A stretch of DNA of 61,758 nt, the filler included, from Ionaspis alba (taxonomy: Eukaryota): the NCBI GenBank assembly GCA_964255285.1. It is 10 parts of 10 records of this genome, joined end to end, with 100 filler letters (N's around TTAATTAATTAA, not from the genome) between each part and the next. Parts side by side here need not be neighbours in the genome. Positions count along the whole stretch, not along the records: positions 37,186 to 43,261 come from CAXUUL010000953.1; positions 43,362 to 49,436 come from CAXUUL010000954.1; positions 49,537 to 55,601 come from CAXUUL010000955.1; 7 more parts are not named here. One strand, written 5' to 3'. Below the pieces are notes generated by a model. That model was given only the letters and a program-made list of their open reading frames with translations. It did no database searches and was not told the origin of the DNA. The translations under genes and the position numbers were made by a program. Shown here piece after piece: positions 37,186 through 49,908 of this stretch (positions are counted from its first letter, which is position 1; the number at the start of each line of letters is the position of its first letter).

Positions 37186-39490
37186 GCCGCGGAGTGTGAA
37201 TCATACCAGGTATGCCACGAATCTATCATCTCGTGATCCAGCATTTGGTCTGGTCCAGCATGTGGATCCTCCACGAACATCGCGAATCGCTGCGAGCTAC
37301 CTCTAGATTCCTCCGTGTCCTCATAGCCTAACGAAATCCCTATGCAAGGCTGTATATGCTGCTCGCAAGCCAAATGTTCGTTGATGATATCTGCTGCTGG
37401 AAAATGAGCCAGCTTCAACATATCTTGCCACATATCCAGAATCTGGTTCCGGCAGGCAAACTTCGACACAAAGGAACCAAAACCGTCCTCCAATATGTGC
37501 ATTGGTTTACAGAGACGAAGCAATGTGGCAGTATAAGGAATTGCAGCTTGAGGTTCTGACGGATCACGCAATGACATCGACATAAATCCAACAATAAGCT
37601 TCCGTGGTCCTGCGAGGATTTTTTTCGATGAATCCCTATCAATGTCTGCTGTCGTAATTGGTTTGCTCTTGTTCGAGGAATTAAGCATGCTTAACAGCAC
37701 GACAACCTCCATTCCTAACATGAAAGGATCATCTGTGTTGTTCGACGACCAGAAATTATGTTCGATGTCTCCCAAATATTCGAATTCGTTGCTGGAGGCG
37801 CCCTCGGCCACCAGATCCCATATGGTTGCTTCCAACTGTAAGGGATGCTCGGGATTAGTCAATACTAACAAAATGAACATCCTTGCTCGCACGATCGACG
37901 AGGCATTTGCGGTGCTATCAACCAGCACATTAACAAGTTCATAAACTTTTGCAGAGGCCTTGCCACCCAAGTCGTGACTGACGTCCAGGAAAAGCTGGTC
38001 TTTGAGAATTCCTACCTCCTCTGGGTCATCAACGCTCAGCCCCTGTGATAGAAGCCATTGACATGTCCCAATTATATTTGTATCATTTCGTGGTCTGTTA
38101 TCCATCGCTGATTCGAACCAGTCCGCCATAAGAGCCTGGAAGCTCAGTTCCAAGATATTATATCCGCTGCTGCTGCACCTATCGCGAAGGTAGAGCTCTC
38201 TATTTGAGAGCACTTCCTTCAGTGCCCCCAAATTTCCTTGATTGATCGCACGCGTTATGGCCAATGGCATTCGAGCATATCTCACCGGCTCGAGACTGAT
38301 GCCAAGCTTGGGTGCCATATTCATAACCACCAAGTCCTCAAATCGGATATCGAAGGCCCTATCTGTCAGCCACTGAGCCAGTCGTAGATGGACGGTGGTC
38401 TCCCAACATTCTTTCTGCGTTTGGTAGCTCTGTAGATCATCATTCCATGCCTTCGTTATTGAAGAATTGCTCTTCACGGTCACTGCTCCCACCCATGGCC
38501 GAGACAGCACCGTTCTGATCTGCTGACCCTTTGAGACAACGAGAGTACGGCAGCTACCAGCTTCTCTTGCAGCAAGGGAGGTTGCCGTATCACTTTCATC
38601 CAGAAACGCGGGCGGCCTCCGATAGTGCAAAGCAGGAGCTGAGAAGTTATCCTCTGATCGTGATTGACGATCGATTTTACTCTGGAGTTTTCGCGCCTGG
38701 TGTTGCTCTTCTAAAGCATCTTCAATCAACTTCTTGATGTATGGTCGCAATAGCCGCGCTTTGATGCTGTCGTTTTCCAATGCCTCCCCAAGTATTGACG
38801 TTGTCACATCATCAGCTTCTTCAACTTCATGGGCCGTTGATGTTGTCGTTTTGTACAGAGCCGAGTGGGACGATACTTGAGACGTCTTGGTGATGTTATT
38901 ATCCGGCAATAAGCTCTGCTGCGCCAAGGAGGGTGGTTTCGAAACAGTGCTAGCTATGAATGAGCTCCGAACAAGAAGCTCGGAGAGCATCCGAGTATGC
39001 TCAGCGCCCCTATCTCTGCTGGCCGTAAGAAAGTGTCTACGTTAAACGAGTCTTGCATGATGTACCTTTCTACTGCTTGAAATGCCCATTGCAGCATTCT
39101 TTTCGCGCGTTCCAACTCTGTAATGAGCTTCGTGACCTTAGTGTTTTGGAAGACAGCGTTTGCATTATCCCAAAGCTTCTTCGCGCGACTGCTACTCGGC
39201 GTCGATAGACTTTTCCGCAACAGTGTATAAAGAGTATCGCTTCTATCCCGGACCATATGCAATGCATCTTGAACAGCGTCCCTCGTGCTTGAAGTGATAA
39301 AACTGCCATCTCCTTGGTTCAAAGTGAAGGTCGAAATGATGTCTTTCAGAAGTTCTAGTTCTCTTGTCAACTTCTTCGCAACTTCCGGTGCCTCTTTCAA
39401 GTCCTGCAAAAAATCATAGAGCTTGGACAAGCCCGCCGCGACCTGCGTGGCAAGACCGAGGAAGGCTATAGCGGAGGCACCAACTTCCAT
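37186..39490 (-). CDS. HeLo-like (fungal STAND N-terminal type) domain protein with degenerate ankyrin-like region, no NOD; 3'-truncated
   Basis: MEVGASAIAFLGLATQVAAGLSKLYDFLQDLKEAP...ITELERAKRML. A short intron from 39065 to about 39019 joins it in frame to the 618-aa ORF. No P-loop seen. Confidence 0.75.
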
Positions 39491-39788
39491 GATGCTTCGC
39501 AAAAGCGACGAAGCCCAGGAAAAGGCAAAGGCATTTTGCAATTTAAAAGATTGAGGACAACAGATTCATATACAGCCAACGTCACATTCAGCGTCTATCT
39601 TGTCTCATGTATGCCACACTGTTTGTCAGAAGGAGTGGGCATACATCTGTCGGGCGGTTGCATGCAAGGCGGGCTTCCGAAGAACAGAGAGTGTGATAGC
39701 GCACGGCAAAACGACGAATCAAACAAATCAGGATCAGTATCCTTGTTGTGTAACCTGAAGATACAGCAAATCCAAAAGACATAAATTA

Positions 39789-40787
39789 TCACCAATCTAC
39801 GGCCCAGCCATTCTCCTCTAGGAAATCGGCACAGGCCTGTTTCAGTGCTAGATTTGGACGAAGGTCCTCGCGCCTCAATGGTTCCCGAGTCAAAGGATCT
39901 GTTTGCGACCGCCGCAGGTGCTCCAAAATAGTACTTCTGTCGTACGAGTTCCCGGTCTTGGTGACAACGGGATCATGCATAATGGCAAACGAGATGTTGT
40001 CGATCAAATAATCTGGAACCTCCTGTGCCACCGGATCAGACAGAGTGTGGATGTTGTGATGATAATAGCCATACCCTTCTTTTGAGATTTGATGGATCTG
40101 CTATAGCAAATATACTCCTTAGGTCTTCTACCTTCCTCCGCGAAGTCGCTTGAATTTCTTGCTTTTCCTCCGCTCCTTCTGTCATGTCCAGTTCAAGATA
40201 CTTCAGCTTCTGGTCGATGTTCGAGATTTGTATGGCAGCCGCATGAGTCAGGCTCTCCTCGAGCTCCAACAACAGCTCACTCCGCCTTCTAATCCTCTCC
40301 CGTTCTTTCAATTCCCATTTTTCCTTCTTGGCCTGTAGAACAAGGGATGATATGCTTGGTGCGCTCGCATTGTTCGTCTTGAGGCAAAGATCGTAGGCCG
40401 TCAGAGCAGAGGTCAAGGCTTCGTTAGGATGATGGAGGGCAAGTTGCGCTTGTGCGAGATAATAGTAGCCCTTCATGTTATCGGACTGCAAGTCGATTGC
40501 TTTGAGGCAATCGTCGATACAGGCGTCCCATGACTGAAGCTTGATTCGACTGAAGGCTCGATTCGTGAAGAGAAATGGATTGGACGAATCCTTCTGTATG
40601 CTGCGAACTGTGAGACGCGATCACACGAAAGGTTCAGATTAGACACACGCTCTGCTATACAAATCCTCCGCACTCTTGTAGTTCCCAGCTTGGAATGCCC
40701 TGAACAGACGTTAGCCACGATTGATGGTGACGCACAGTCTGCTCACTTGTTACCTTGTTCCTTCAAGACAATGGCTGAAGTCGCCAT
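39789..40787 (-). CDS. TPR + U-box E3 ubiquitin ligase (CHIP/STUB1 homologue)
   Basis: LKEQGNK, FTNRAFSRIKL and NMKGYYYLAQAQLAL TPRs. U-box EVPDYLIDNISFAIMHDPVVTKTGNSYDR..DPLTREPL..LRPNLALK, ends NGWAVDW*. Confidence 0.92.
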
Positions 40788-41369
40788 TTGATTGACATTG
40801 GAAGCTCAGGGCTTCAGAGAACCTGAGCCTCCTTTGCTCATATAATCACAGTCCATTATGCTGGCGGCCTGCATCCTTTGTCTCAAATGGTTGGCTGTAC
40901 AAATGTGGGGCGGTTTGGACAAGGCTGACATGATATTCGCCCGACGACTTCAGATTTGGCTTTGCTTTCCCTTCTCAGCTTTGCCCCAGGCAACAACAAT
41001 AGTGATCAATTTTGGCATGCTCACTTCAGTTGAAATGTATAAGTCATGCACCGTTTGTGACTCATTCCGGCTAGATTCATAGAGCAATTAGAGATATCTC
41101 GTTCTTTTCTTACTTCTCGGATTCATCTTCCTTAGCTGCCTCCACATAGCAAAAGATCTTCCAATTCAGAAACCAAGTTTCTTACTCCACAGGGCTTGCA
41201 CCACTACACTATCCTATTGTCCTGTTTCACCGGCCTTTTAGACAACTAGAAGTCCAAGGTGTCCCTAAGAGATCTGAGAAAATAGAGTTAGAACCTACAA
41301 GTCTGTGGCCTGAAGCTATCTGCAAATCTAGCCCACTGATTCGAAAGAAGTCTATACATCTCGATTACC

Positions 41370-42179
41370 ATGGCAGCCATGAACACGCAGACTCCAATAT
41401 CCATTCATATTCCACTAGAACTGCAGCGTCTTGCTATTCCCCTCCATGAATTCCTGCGTCAATACCCAAAATATGAGGTATTGGCCGTTGGTGCTTTCAT
41501 TTTCACTCCCGTAGAGTTGGATCCTTCTGCTCAGCTGCGTGTGCTTCAAGTGCAGCGTGCCGCCACAGAAAGAAGTTTTCCGAACTTATGGGAGGTGCCT
41601 GGAGGCGGAGCCGATGAGAAAGACCCCACAATACTCCACTCCGTGGCCCGTGAAATATTCGAAGAGACCGGTCTTCATCTAACGAGGTTCGTACGAGAAG
41701 TGGGGAACGGCTTTGAGTTCAAAACTGGACCACGTCACCGTCCCAAGATATGGTTGAAACTCACATTTGAGATTGAGGTTGCGGAGATTGGCAGTGCCAT
41801 TCTACACAACCTGCCGCTCCTAGGCTCTGATGAGATAAGGAAAGGTGATGGAGGTATGGAATCCTCGTCACAAGCTCGCAAGAAGTTAGACTCCATCCCG
41901 GTCATCCTCGATCCAGTGGAGCACAAGGCGCACAGATGGGTCAGCGAACAGGAACTCCGGGAGGAAGGAAGTTATTTCGTGGAGAGCGGTACCCAAGAAG
42001 ATTTTGATATAGATGTGAAGAATACAGGAAACGAAGCAGGAGCCTTGAAGTTGGTATCCAGTGATCAAATGGCATTGACATTGCTGGCATTTAAGCTGCA
42101 CAAAGATGGTCTTGAAAAGGTGAAAAGAGACGTCAGGAAGGTTGCTGAGGCGACGAAGGAGGCATCTCATAATAGCTGA
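41370..42179 (+). CDS. Nudix hydrolase
   Basis: LQVQRA..FPNLWEVPGGGADEKDPTILHSVAREIFEETGL Nudix box; LDPVEHKAHRWVSE. Confidence 0.88.
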   Translation: MAAMNTQTPISIHIPLELQRLAIPLHEFLRQYPKYEVLAVGAFIFTPVELDPSAQLRVLQVQRAATERSFPNLWEVPGGGADEKDPTILHSVAREIFEETGLHLTRFVREVGNGFEFKTGPRHRPKIWLKLTFEIEVAEIGSAILHNLPLLGSDEIRKGDGGMESSSQARKKLDSIPVILDPVEHKAHRWVSEQELREEGSYFVESGTQEDFDIDVKNTGNEAGALKLVSSDQMALTLLAFKLHKDGLEKVKRDVRKVAEATKEASHNS

Positions 42180-42803
42180 ATTTGCATCAGTACAACGTCA
42201 AATAGCAAGATGGCGGTTTACTGGCATGGTTACTATAGACTAGAATAGAAGTGAAGGACTACAATTCTAGACTTGCCTGTGGCTTGGCTTTGTTCACAAT
42301 TTCTGGTTGGAAGAGATAGAGCATGGCGGAGGTGTGAGTCTCTAGACTCGTTAACAACCGGCCAAGAACGAGTTGTATATCAATGAGCAGCAGCTTCTAG
42401 CTGGGTACGATACGCTTCCACTATCTTAAAGAATTATACAAAGTAACATCCCCATGCTGCACCCGAATTGAGATGTGCTATGTTCGTAGTAGTTGACTTG
42501 CTCACACTCTCGGATGAAAAACTTCGCTACTTTGGTAGCAGCGGAGAGCATGATCAGATAATTCACAGCATTATCTTCTGCTATCACAAGATACTCATCT
42601 AGATTGTAGATTCGTGAAATAAGGTATGATCCTTAACTAGCGATTAGGGCTTGGAAAGCGGCCGCTAATGTACCCCTGATTCTACCCCAACATATGACGC
42701 AAAAAGGTCAACATGAAATCGAGGTACAAATCACATTTGTTCTTGTCACCATTCGGTACAGAGCCACAACCATTCTACATCACTTCGGGCATATTCGTTA
42801 TCA

Positions 42804-43261
42804 ATGTCGTCTCCTAAGCCACTTCGCTACGCCATCGGCAGCGACTCCGCCGGTCACTCCTACAAGACCGCCCTCCACGAGCATCTCTCCTCCCAACCAC
42901 TCGTTTCCTCTGTGACTGACGTCGGCGTTCCCTCGACCTCAGACTCAACAGCATACCCACACGTCGCCATCAACGCCGGCAAACTGATAGCAGATGGCAA
43001 GGTCGACCGCGCCCTCCTTATTTGCGGTACTGGCCTAGGCGTAGCCATCAGCGCCAACAAAGTCCCGGGTATAAGAGCGGTTACGGCACATGATCCGTAC
43101 AGTGTGGAAAAGAGCGTGACGAGCAACAATGCGCAGGTTCTTTGTATGGGAGAGAGGGTGGTGGGGCTGGAACTTGCGAAGAAGCTTGTCGGGGATTGGG
43201 TGGGACATCGGTTTGATGAGGGGAGTGCGAGTGCAGAGAAAGTGGAGATTATCAATGAGCA
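42804..43261 (+). CDS. rpiB: Ribose-5-phosphate isomerase B (RpiB/LacAB family), last codons missing
   Basis: [58 protein letters not shown]. Confidence 0.93.
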
Positions 43262-43370
43262 NNNNNNNNNNNNNNNNNNNNNNNNNNNNNNNNNNNNNNN
43301 NNNNNTTAATTAATTAANNNNNNNNNNNNNNNNNNNNNNNNNNNNNNNNNNNNNNNNNNNNCTCCTCCCC

Positions 43371-44184
43371 CTACAAAACCACCACAGCCCCCCCCACAAC
43401 CGCCAAAACCCCACTCCCAACCCTCACACCCACAGCAGCATTCGTCGTCGGCGCACTCGACGCACTCGACGTCCCACTCGCCCTCGTCGACGTCGAAGCC
43501 CTACTACTCGTCCCCGACGCCGTCGCCGTCCCCGACGTACTAGCCGCGCTACTCGGCGACCCCGACGCCGTCGTCGTCACCGTAGTACCCGATGTCGCCG
43601 TACTATCTGTCGCCGTCGTGCTATCGCTGGTGGTAGCGGTGCTATCCGTTGAAGCGGCGGCGCTGGTGGTCTCGGTTGCGGTTGTGGCGGCGCTGGATCC
43701 GGAGGATGAGACGCTGGGGACGGCTTTGACGGGCGAGAGGATGTCGAATTGCGGCGTGTAGTTTACTTTGCTCGGGTCTTGGTCGTCGGTTATTTGGATG
43801 GTGTAGGAGTTGCCTTCGACGATGTCGCTGGGGGGCGTGTAGGTGTAGGAGCCGGTGTTGGGGAGGTTGGCTGTTGAGGAGGTTAGTGGGACAGTTTCAG
43901 AGGACGGAAAAGGGTGGAGGTGGTATATGACGAGTGTAGTGTGAGGAAGGGAGGGAGCCAGCCATACCTTTGATCACGGTCCCCGCATTCAGCGCACCAT
44001 TCGATCCATCCCTTAGAGTCAACGTCACAGTGCTGCCCGCCGGATTCGACCACTTGAACGTTGTCGGTTGACCGGCTTTGAGCAGATACCCCTCGGGTGG
44101 GATATCGAAAGCATTGGGTTTGACGTCCGCAGCAGAGACGAGAGCCAAGAAGGCGGAGAGCGCAAGGGTAAATGATATGCGCAT
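43371..44184 (-). CDS. Ser/Thr-rich GPI-anchored cell-wall protein (Kre9/Knh1-like N-terminal domain), 2 exons
   Basis: Signal peptide, NAFDIP..AGQPTTFKWSN..TVTLTLRDG, intron, NTGSYTYTPP..YTIQITD..VNYTPQF, S/T-rich stalk, hydrophobic C-terminus. Confidence 0.87.
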
Positions 44185-45286
44185 TTTTTTTATGTTGGTG
44201 AGAAATTATGTATACAAGTGGAGGAGGATACCGAGTCAAGTAAGTATGTGCAAGTAAAGAGTAATGTGCGTACGTATGTAATGTGGCACAGTCGTGAAAA
44301 GCGACGATATACAGCCTCAACGAAAGTGACTCGAAGAAGTAGAAGAAGGAACAACTACACAAGAAAACCACCGATTGCAACCGTAACGAACGTGCGTATT
44401 TCTCTCTCCAGGGTAAGAACTATGTACGTGGAAGATGGAGGAAAGTAGGACAAAAGGGAAAGGAAGCGGAAAAGAAATCACGACCGTCGCACGAAGGTTT
44501 GGGACGCCCCCCCATTCTTTTCTTTTCTCTGTTTCCGCCGCGCAATATGGATGCTACACTACTACCGCGAACTAACTTCTTTCCTTCGTGCCAATATCGG
44601 AGCTGAGAGATCTGGAGAAGCCGCAGAGTTGAGGGGGGAAGGGGGAAGGTCCGGCCGATGCACCGAGAGCCAATCAGAAGGCAGGAATTGGTATACCCTT
44701 GTCGGAATTGGGAGGGTGGATTGCGTGTAATTTGCAGTTTTGGGATTGGGGCGGTAGTTTTTGGTGGTGGCGATTTGGGGATACGGATGGCTCTTTTGGA
44801 TGGGAAGGTTAGTTTCCATTATTGAAGGAAAATTGATCGATCGTTCTTTGTTTGTTTCGCGTGGGTGGCAAATGTCATGCTATCGAATGTTGTCAATGGA
44901 AAAGTTGAGGTGTGTATACAGCACGAGGGGAATCCCAGACGGTATAGATCCTATCGGGAAGGAACACGACGTGAAGCAGAGGATTTACATCCATCACAAT
45001 CCTGAGAATAGTATACCAGCAATCGAATCTTCCTCAAATCAGATTCGTCTACTTTGATTTTCTTTTCTTCACCTCCAAATTATGTAAATACACCGAGATC
45101 TCCGCTCCAGACAAAGCCGAATATCCGGCGCATATACCCTACTCATCCCACAGCAAAGGTACCCCAAGCTCGCAAATCCCCCAGTTGCTTTGAACATGTA
45201 GAAACCCCGTGAAACCATCCTATGGCTCATGGACAGGAACATCAAAATCGTGTGTTGTCAGAATATTACTACACCCTCTCTCTTCC

Positions 45287-46255
45287 CTAGTTCAAGTACA
45301 CCATAGCCACAAACACACACCCCAACAAAGCAAGTGGGCTTCCCATACGAACAGCACTGCCCGTCGTAGTCGCCGACGCGCTAGCAGATCCAGTCGACGA
45401 GCCACCAGCCTTGGTGGTAGGTGTGACCACGATCCCAGTCGTCAACGGTCCGCTCGAGCTGGCAGTCAAGCTCTGCGAAACGAACGTAGTGTTTCTCGCA
45501 ACAGAGATACCGGTTCCCGAAGCAGAAGCACCGAGGGTGGTGGTGAATTCGGTAGCCGAGACGGATGTCAGTGTCGTGTTGCTGGAAACAATCAGCACGC
45601 TTTCGGTCGTTGTGGTCGCGGCTTCGGTGGATGAGGAGCCGATGGTGGTGGTCACGATGGCCGGCGCGGTCGTGCTGATCGTGACGGTGGAGGTTGCCGT
45701 TCCGGAGGCGGAGGATGAACCGGAGGAGGATGAACCGGATGCGGCGCCGCCAGTTAGGGAGAAGGGGCCGTAGTAGTTGACATTGGCGTTGCCTTGGGAG
45801 ATTTGTAGGGCGTAGTCGTCGGCGTTGGGGAGTGATTTGGAGGGCGTCCAGGTGAAGGAGTTGCCTACTGTGTTGCCTGTGGGATTTCAGTCAGCTCGAG
45901 CTCTTTCTTTGCTCTGTATAATACGATTGCGAAACCCAATGGCCAGCGCCTTGAGATTTCTTGTAGTGGAACAGAGAGATTGGCCTTACCAGTGATGATT
46001 GAAACAGTTTGCAGATTGGCAGCATTGCCCTTCCTCAACGTGATGGTAACAGGCTAAGAAGCACGGTCAGCCTTCTGCTCCAAGATTACGACACGCGCGG
46101 ATACTCACGGATGATCCATCACCACCGGACCACTTGAGCTCAGTAGGAGTACCAGCAGTTACAGAGGTAGGAGCTTGCGTGAAACCAATCTTGCTCTGAG
46201 CGACAACTGCAGCGACGAACGAAGCGCACACGAAGAAAGCTTTGGAGAAATGCAT
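45287..46255 (-). CDS. Second Ser/Thr-rich GPI-anchored protein of the same family, 3 exons
   Basis: Signal peptide, FTQAPTSVTAGTPTELKWSGG, VTITLRKG, SFTWTPSKSLPNADDYALQISQG..NYYGPF, S/T stalk, GPI-type tail GSPLALLGCVFVAMVYLN*. Confidence 0.87.
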
Positions 46256-47457
46256 TGCGACGAAAGAGCTTTTGTTTCTCTACGATTTGTGGATAGATTC
46301 GGGATGAGTTGATTTGGTTCGGTCTGGAATAATTCGGCTTGAGCGAGAGTAGAGAATTAAAGTTGCGATTTCAACGAGTGTGATGCTGATGTAGCAATGG
46401 AAAGGGACTAAGATGGCGACGAAGAAGAAGATCAAGCAGAATGTCTCAAGCTGTGCAAACGTAGACGGGTGATGAAGGAAGGAGGAAGAAAGGAAAAGGA
46501 GGATGGACACGGGTAAAGATACATTAGTCTACTGTAGCATCGCGATGCTGGGGCTTGCAGGCTGGCTACAGTAGCTCGACGGGCTATTGAAATGAAGCCA
46601 AGCCTGGTGGAGGCATCGTTTGACAGGGTTTAAACGAGGACGTGTGGCTTTGAGGAATAGGGGGATTCATTTGCTCGATTTTACCCCCGGCGACGAATCA
46701 GAGCTTGAGTTCGTTGTGATACCCATCTAAATGGCAATTTGCTGTTCCGGGGTCCGGGCTGCTCGGTTGAGTTATGACTCGATTGAACTGCATAGCTTCC
46801 ACGGTTTGACGGACGTCGTTCATGTTCATGACAGTCATGAAGTTGTCCCGTTGGCTCGAGGAGCTTGCTCTCCTGCTTTGGAGACTCAGAATGAACCAGG
46901 AACGTAAGTAGGGCGATCATTCCCTACAAGATTGTAAGGAGATCGTGGCTGCGTTCGCAGACTTTAGATGGAACGACAGATTCACCTGCCCAGATCTTCT
47001 TCTCACTGTTCCACCGTTCTTGCAGAAGGGCAAGGAATTGCCATACGGTTTCCGGCGTAATATAGGTGGGAAACAGCTCTGTAATTCTTGGTTATGAGCT
47101 CAACTTTCAAGACGCTGTCTCACAATGTAAAATCTAAAAGTGGCAATGTATGCCAAAGAATTTACAAGCATTAAGTTGATCTTTGAGTTCTTGATCTTGA
47201 CTATTTTCCAGGTAGAAGAACCTGAGCCAGGAGCATCAGAATGTGGACGTTGTTAAGAACGTAAGGTATAGCGAATGAGCTACGCATAGAGTAGTTGGCA
47301 AGCCCCAAATGCCAGCAGAGTAGTGTTTCAGATATGACTCGATGAGCAATACGTCACGAGCCAAGTCCTATTCGCTATGAAATATCTTTATACATAAGGT
47401 ATGTACAGTTACCTAGACGCCAATTCCACCCAGATTGATCAGGAAAAGATGTAGTGT

Positions 47458-48173
47458 TCATGACGATCCTTCACTCTTTCCATTCCGACGTGCAACCGCC
47501 TCTACCATCTCCTTGTTCTGTTTCTCATAATGTGCTATCAAAGCACTTAAATCAGAGCTGTGACCTGCGGGGACGTTGTACGGCGATCCAGTATTGAAGA
47601 TCCTGTCAGTAGCAAGCATTCGTCAGCAGTAGATCCAAAGGGCGTAGAGCTACGACCCTTTCAAGCGTCGACATACTCTGGAAACCTCAAATCCACCATC
47701 ACACTTCCTGGAGAGCTCTGGAATAGATTCCGATCATGAGCCGCTTGCTCGACCATATGTGTATGCAACGTATTTCGGTCTACCCATCTCTGCCTGTACT
47801 CGCTGTAACTATTTATCATGCGCGTAAAGAAAGGTTGTGCTGATGGGTCTGTGGAGTTGCTGGTGGAGCGGGAGTATTTGTAGAGAGCGAAGGAGAGAGG
47901 AATGAGCGCGATGGTGATGTAGAACCCCCGCTGTATTTGACAGTATCAGCAATTGGGCTGGAGATCGATACCGATAGTAAAAATGAAGCTGGGAGATAGT
48001 CTTACCCCGAAGGACTCGTTCACTGGCTCGGGGTGGTGGGCATGCTGGGTAGGTCCTGCCTGGCCAGCAGAAGCCGCATGGCCAGAGCTGGTGTTACTAC
48101 TGTCGTGGCGGATATGTGGACGATTTCGGAGCCTCTGGACCGCACGGAGAGCATGCCTTCGTGTTGGAAGCAT
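47458..48173 (-). CDS. NADH-ubiquinone oxidoreductase 17.8 kDa subunit (fungal complex I accessory subunit), 3 exons
   Basis: Arg-rich presequence, HHPEPVNESFG, TM segment, RNTLHTHMVEQAAHDRNLF, DLRFPE|IFNTGSPYNVPAG..LIAHYEKQN. Confidence 0.85.
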
Positions 48174-48507
48174 CTTGTGGGTTAATCGGGGCTCAATAGA
48201 TATGGATGCTACTTCTGAAAGGTAGGAATCAAGCCAAGACATGGGATGAGGTCGTTCGCTTGCTTAGCTCCACAGCGTTGAGAAGCTCCCTGACCAATCA
48301 GCTGTCCCTGAATTTGACAGATATACTCAATGCCAATTATGATTGTAAATCACAGATAGGCATCGAGAAAAGTACCAAGTTTCTCTGAGTCAGCTGCGTT
48401 TCGTTTGTAAATAAAGCTGGTGTGCCCTCCCGTGTATCTACAGCCTACGAAGCAAGATCTTTCAACACTTTCTATCCACTCCTGTTCTGTCTAGATTACA
48501 AGCCAGC

Positions 48508-49436
48508 ATGCTTTCCAAGATCGTATTCCTGCTCTGTGCTCTTCTGACTTTCAGTTCAAACATCCAAGCCAATGTGCCTTCTCCAAGAGCATCAGCAGAT
48601 CTCATCTGCCACACTAGTCATGCATCAGAATGTTATCCCAAAATCTTCCAACCAAGCGACGAGTTTAAATTGATACACGACGACCAAGAAGTACCTCCAG
48701 GTCTACACTATCGTCTTGATCTGACGACCGGAAAGAAGGAAGCGAAGCTCAATGTTCCGGATGAAGACGAAGGCTATTTAGCCCAGACCGTGGACGTTTC
48801 CGTGCTTGATGATGAGCTTGTCGTAGCGAATGCTCTATCGCCACCAGATCAACTAGGACAGAAGGTCGTAAAGGCCAAAGAAGATGCTGGCTCAATCCGT
48901 CCACCAAAGTCATCTACTGGAGAAAGTCAAGTCTTCGGCAATAGTCTCTCAATTTTTCGAAACGCCTTAGCATCCGACACTGAACAACTCTTACCAACGA
49001 TTGAAACGCTCGAAGATCTCTCCCACGATATACACTGGGGTCTCAAGCTCACAGAAGACCCCGGCGTCGTACACAAATTGATCGAGCTTCTCAATTTCAA
49101 CCAAACCGACTCCAGGGTCAGAGGTGCAGCCGCACTCTTGTTTGGAACAGCTATCCAGAACAACCCAGCTGCCTTAGCAGCAGCTCTTAGCCACTTCCAC
49201 AACGATGAACTACCCGATGGGCCTATGGAGGCAATCTTTATGGCACTTCTGCATGATCAGCTTCCACAACTCTTGACTAGATTTGTCTACCTCCTCTCAG
49301 CTCTGGCCCAGGATCAACAACAACTAATGGGCTTTGTGAAACGAGATGGACTAGGAATGCTGGTGAAAGTTTTTGATGCCGAGCATACAGGTGAAGACGA
49401 AAAAGATAGGTTGAGAGCAAAGATCGCGAATTTTAT
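48508..49436 (+). CDS. sil1: ER Hsp70 nucleotide exchange factor Sil1, 3'-truncated
   Basis: Signal peptide, LICHTSHASECYPKIFQPSDEFKLIHDDQEVPPGLHYRLDLTTGKKEAKLN, LEDLSHDIHWG, AIQNNPAA. Confidence 0.9.
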
Positions 49437-49908
49437 NNNNNNNNNNNNNNNNNNNNNNNNNNNNNNNNNNNNNNNNNNNNTTAATTAATTAANNNNNNNN
49501 NNNNNNNNNNNNNNNNNNNNNNNNNNNNNNNNNNNNGTCATGGTGGGTTTGGATATCAGTCCTCCTATGGCTGCTCGCAGGTTGCAGTGAAACTGGTCGA
49601 GGAGGCATTGAGTGCACGGGCGGAGCTTTAATGATGTGATCCGCTAGCCTTATACTTTTGTTGATAGTGAGATATGTTTGGAAATTGAGGTAGGGTTAGC
49701 AATGATAGTCCTTGTCATTCACTGTTAATCTTGGGAATCCAATTTCATTCTGTCTTGATCCTCACAGTTCCAATACGTCGCTTTTGTTCCTGCTCCGGGA
49801 AACAAACTATGCACGCGCGACATATTACTCAAACCAGCTAGCACAACCCGTCCATCAACCTCGCCTAATGGCCCATCACACCCGCCACCACCTCTTCCAC
49901 CACACCAC

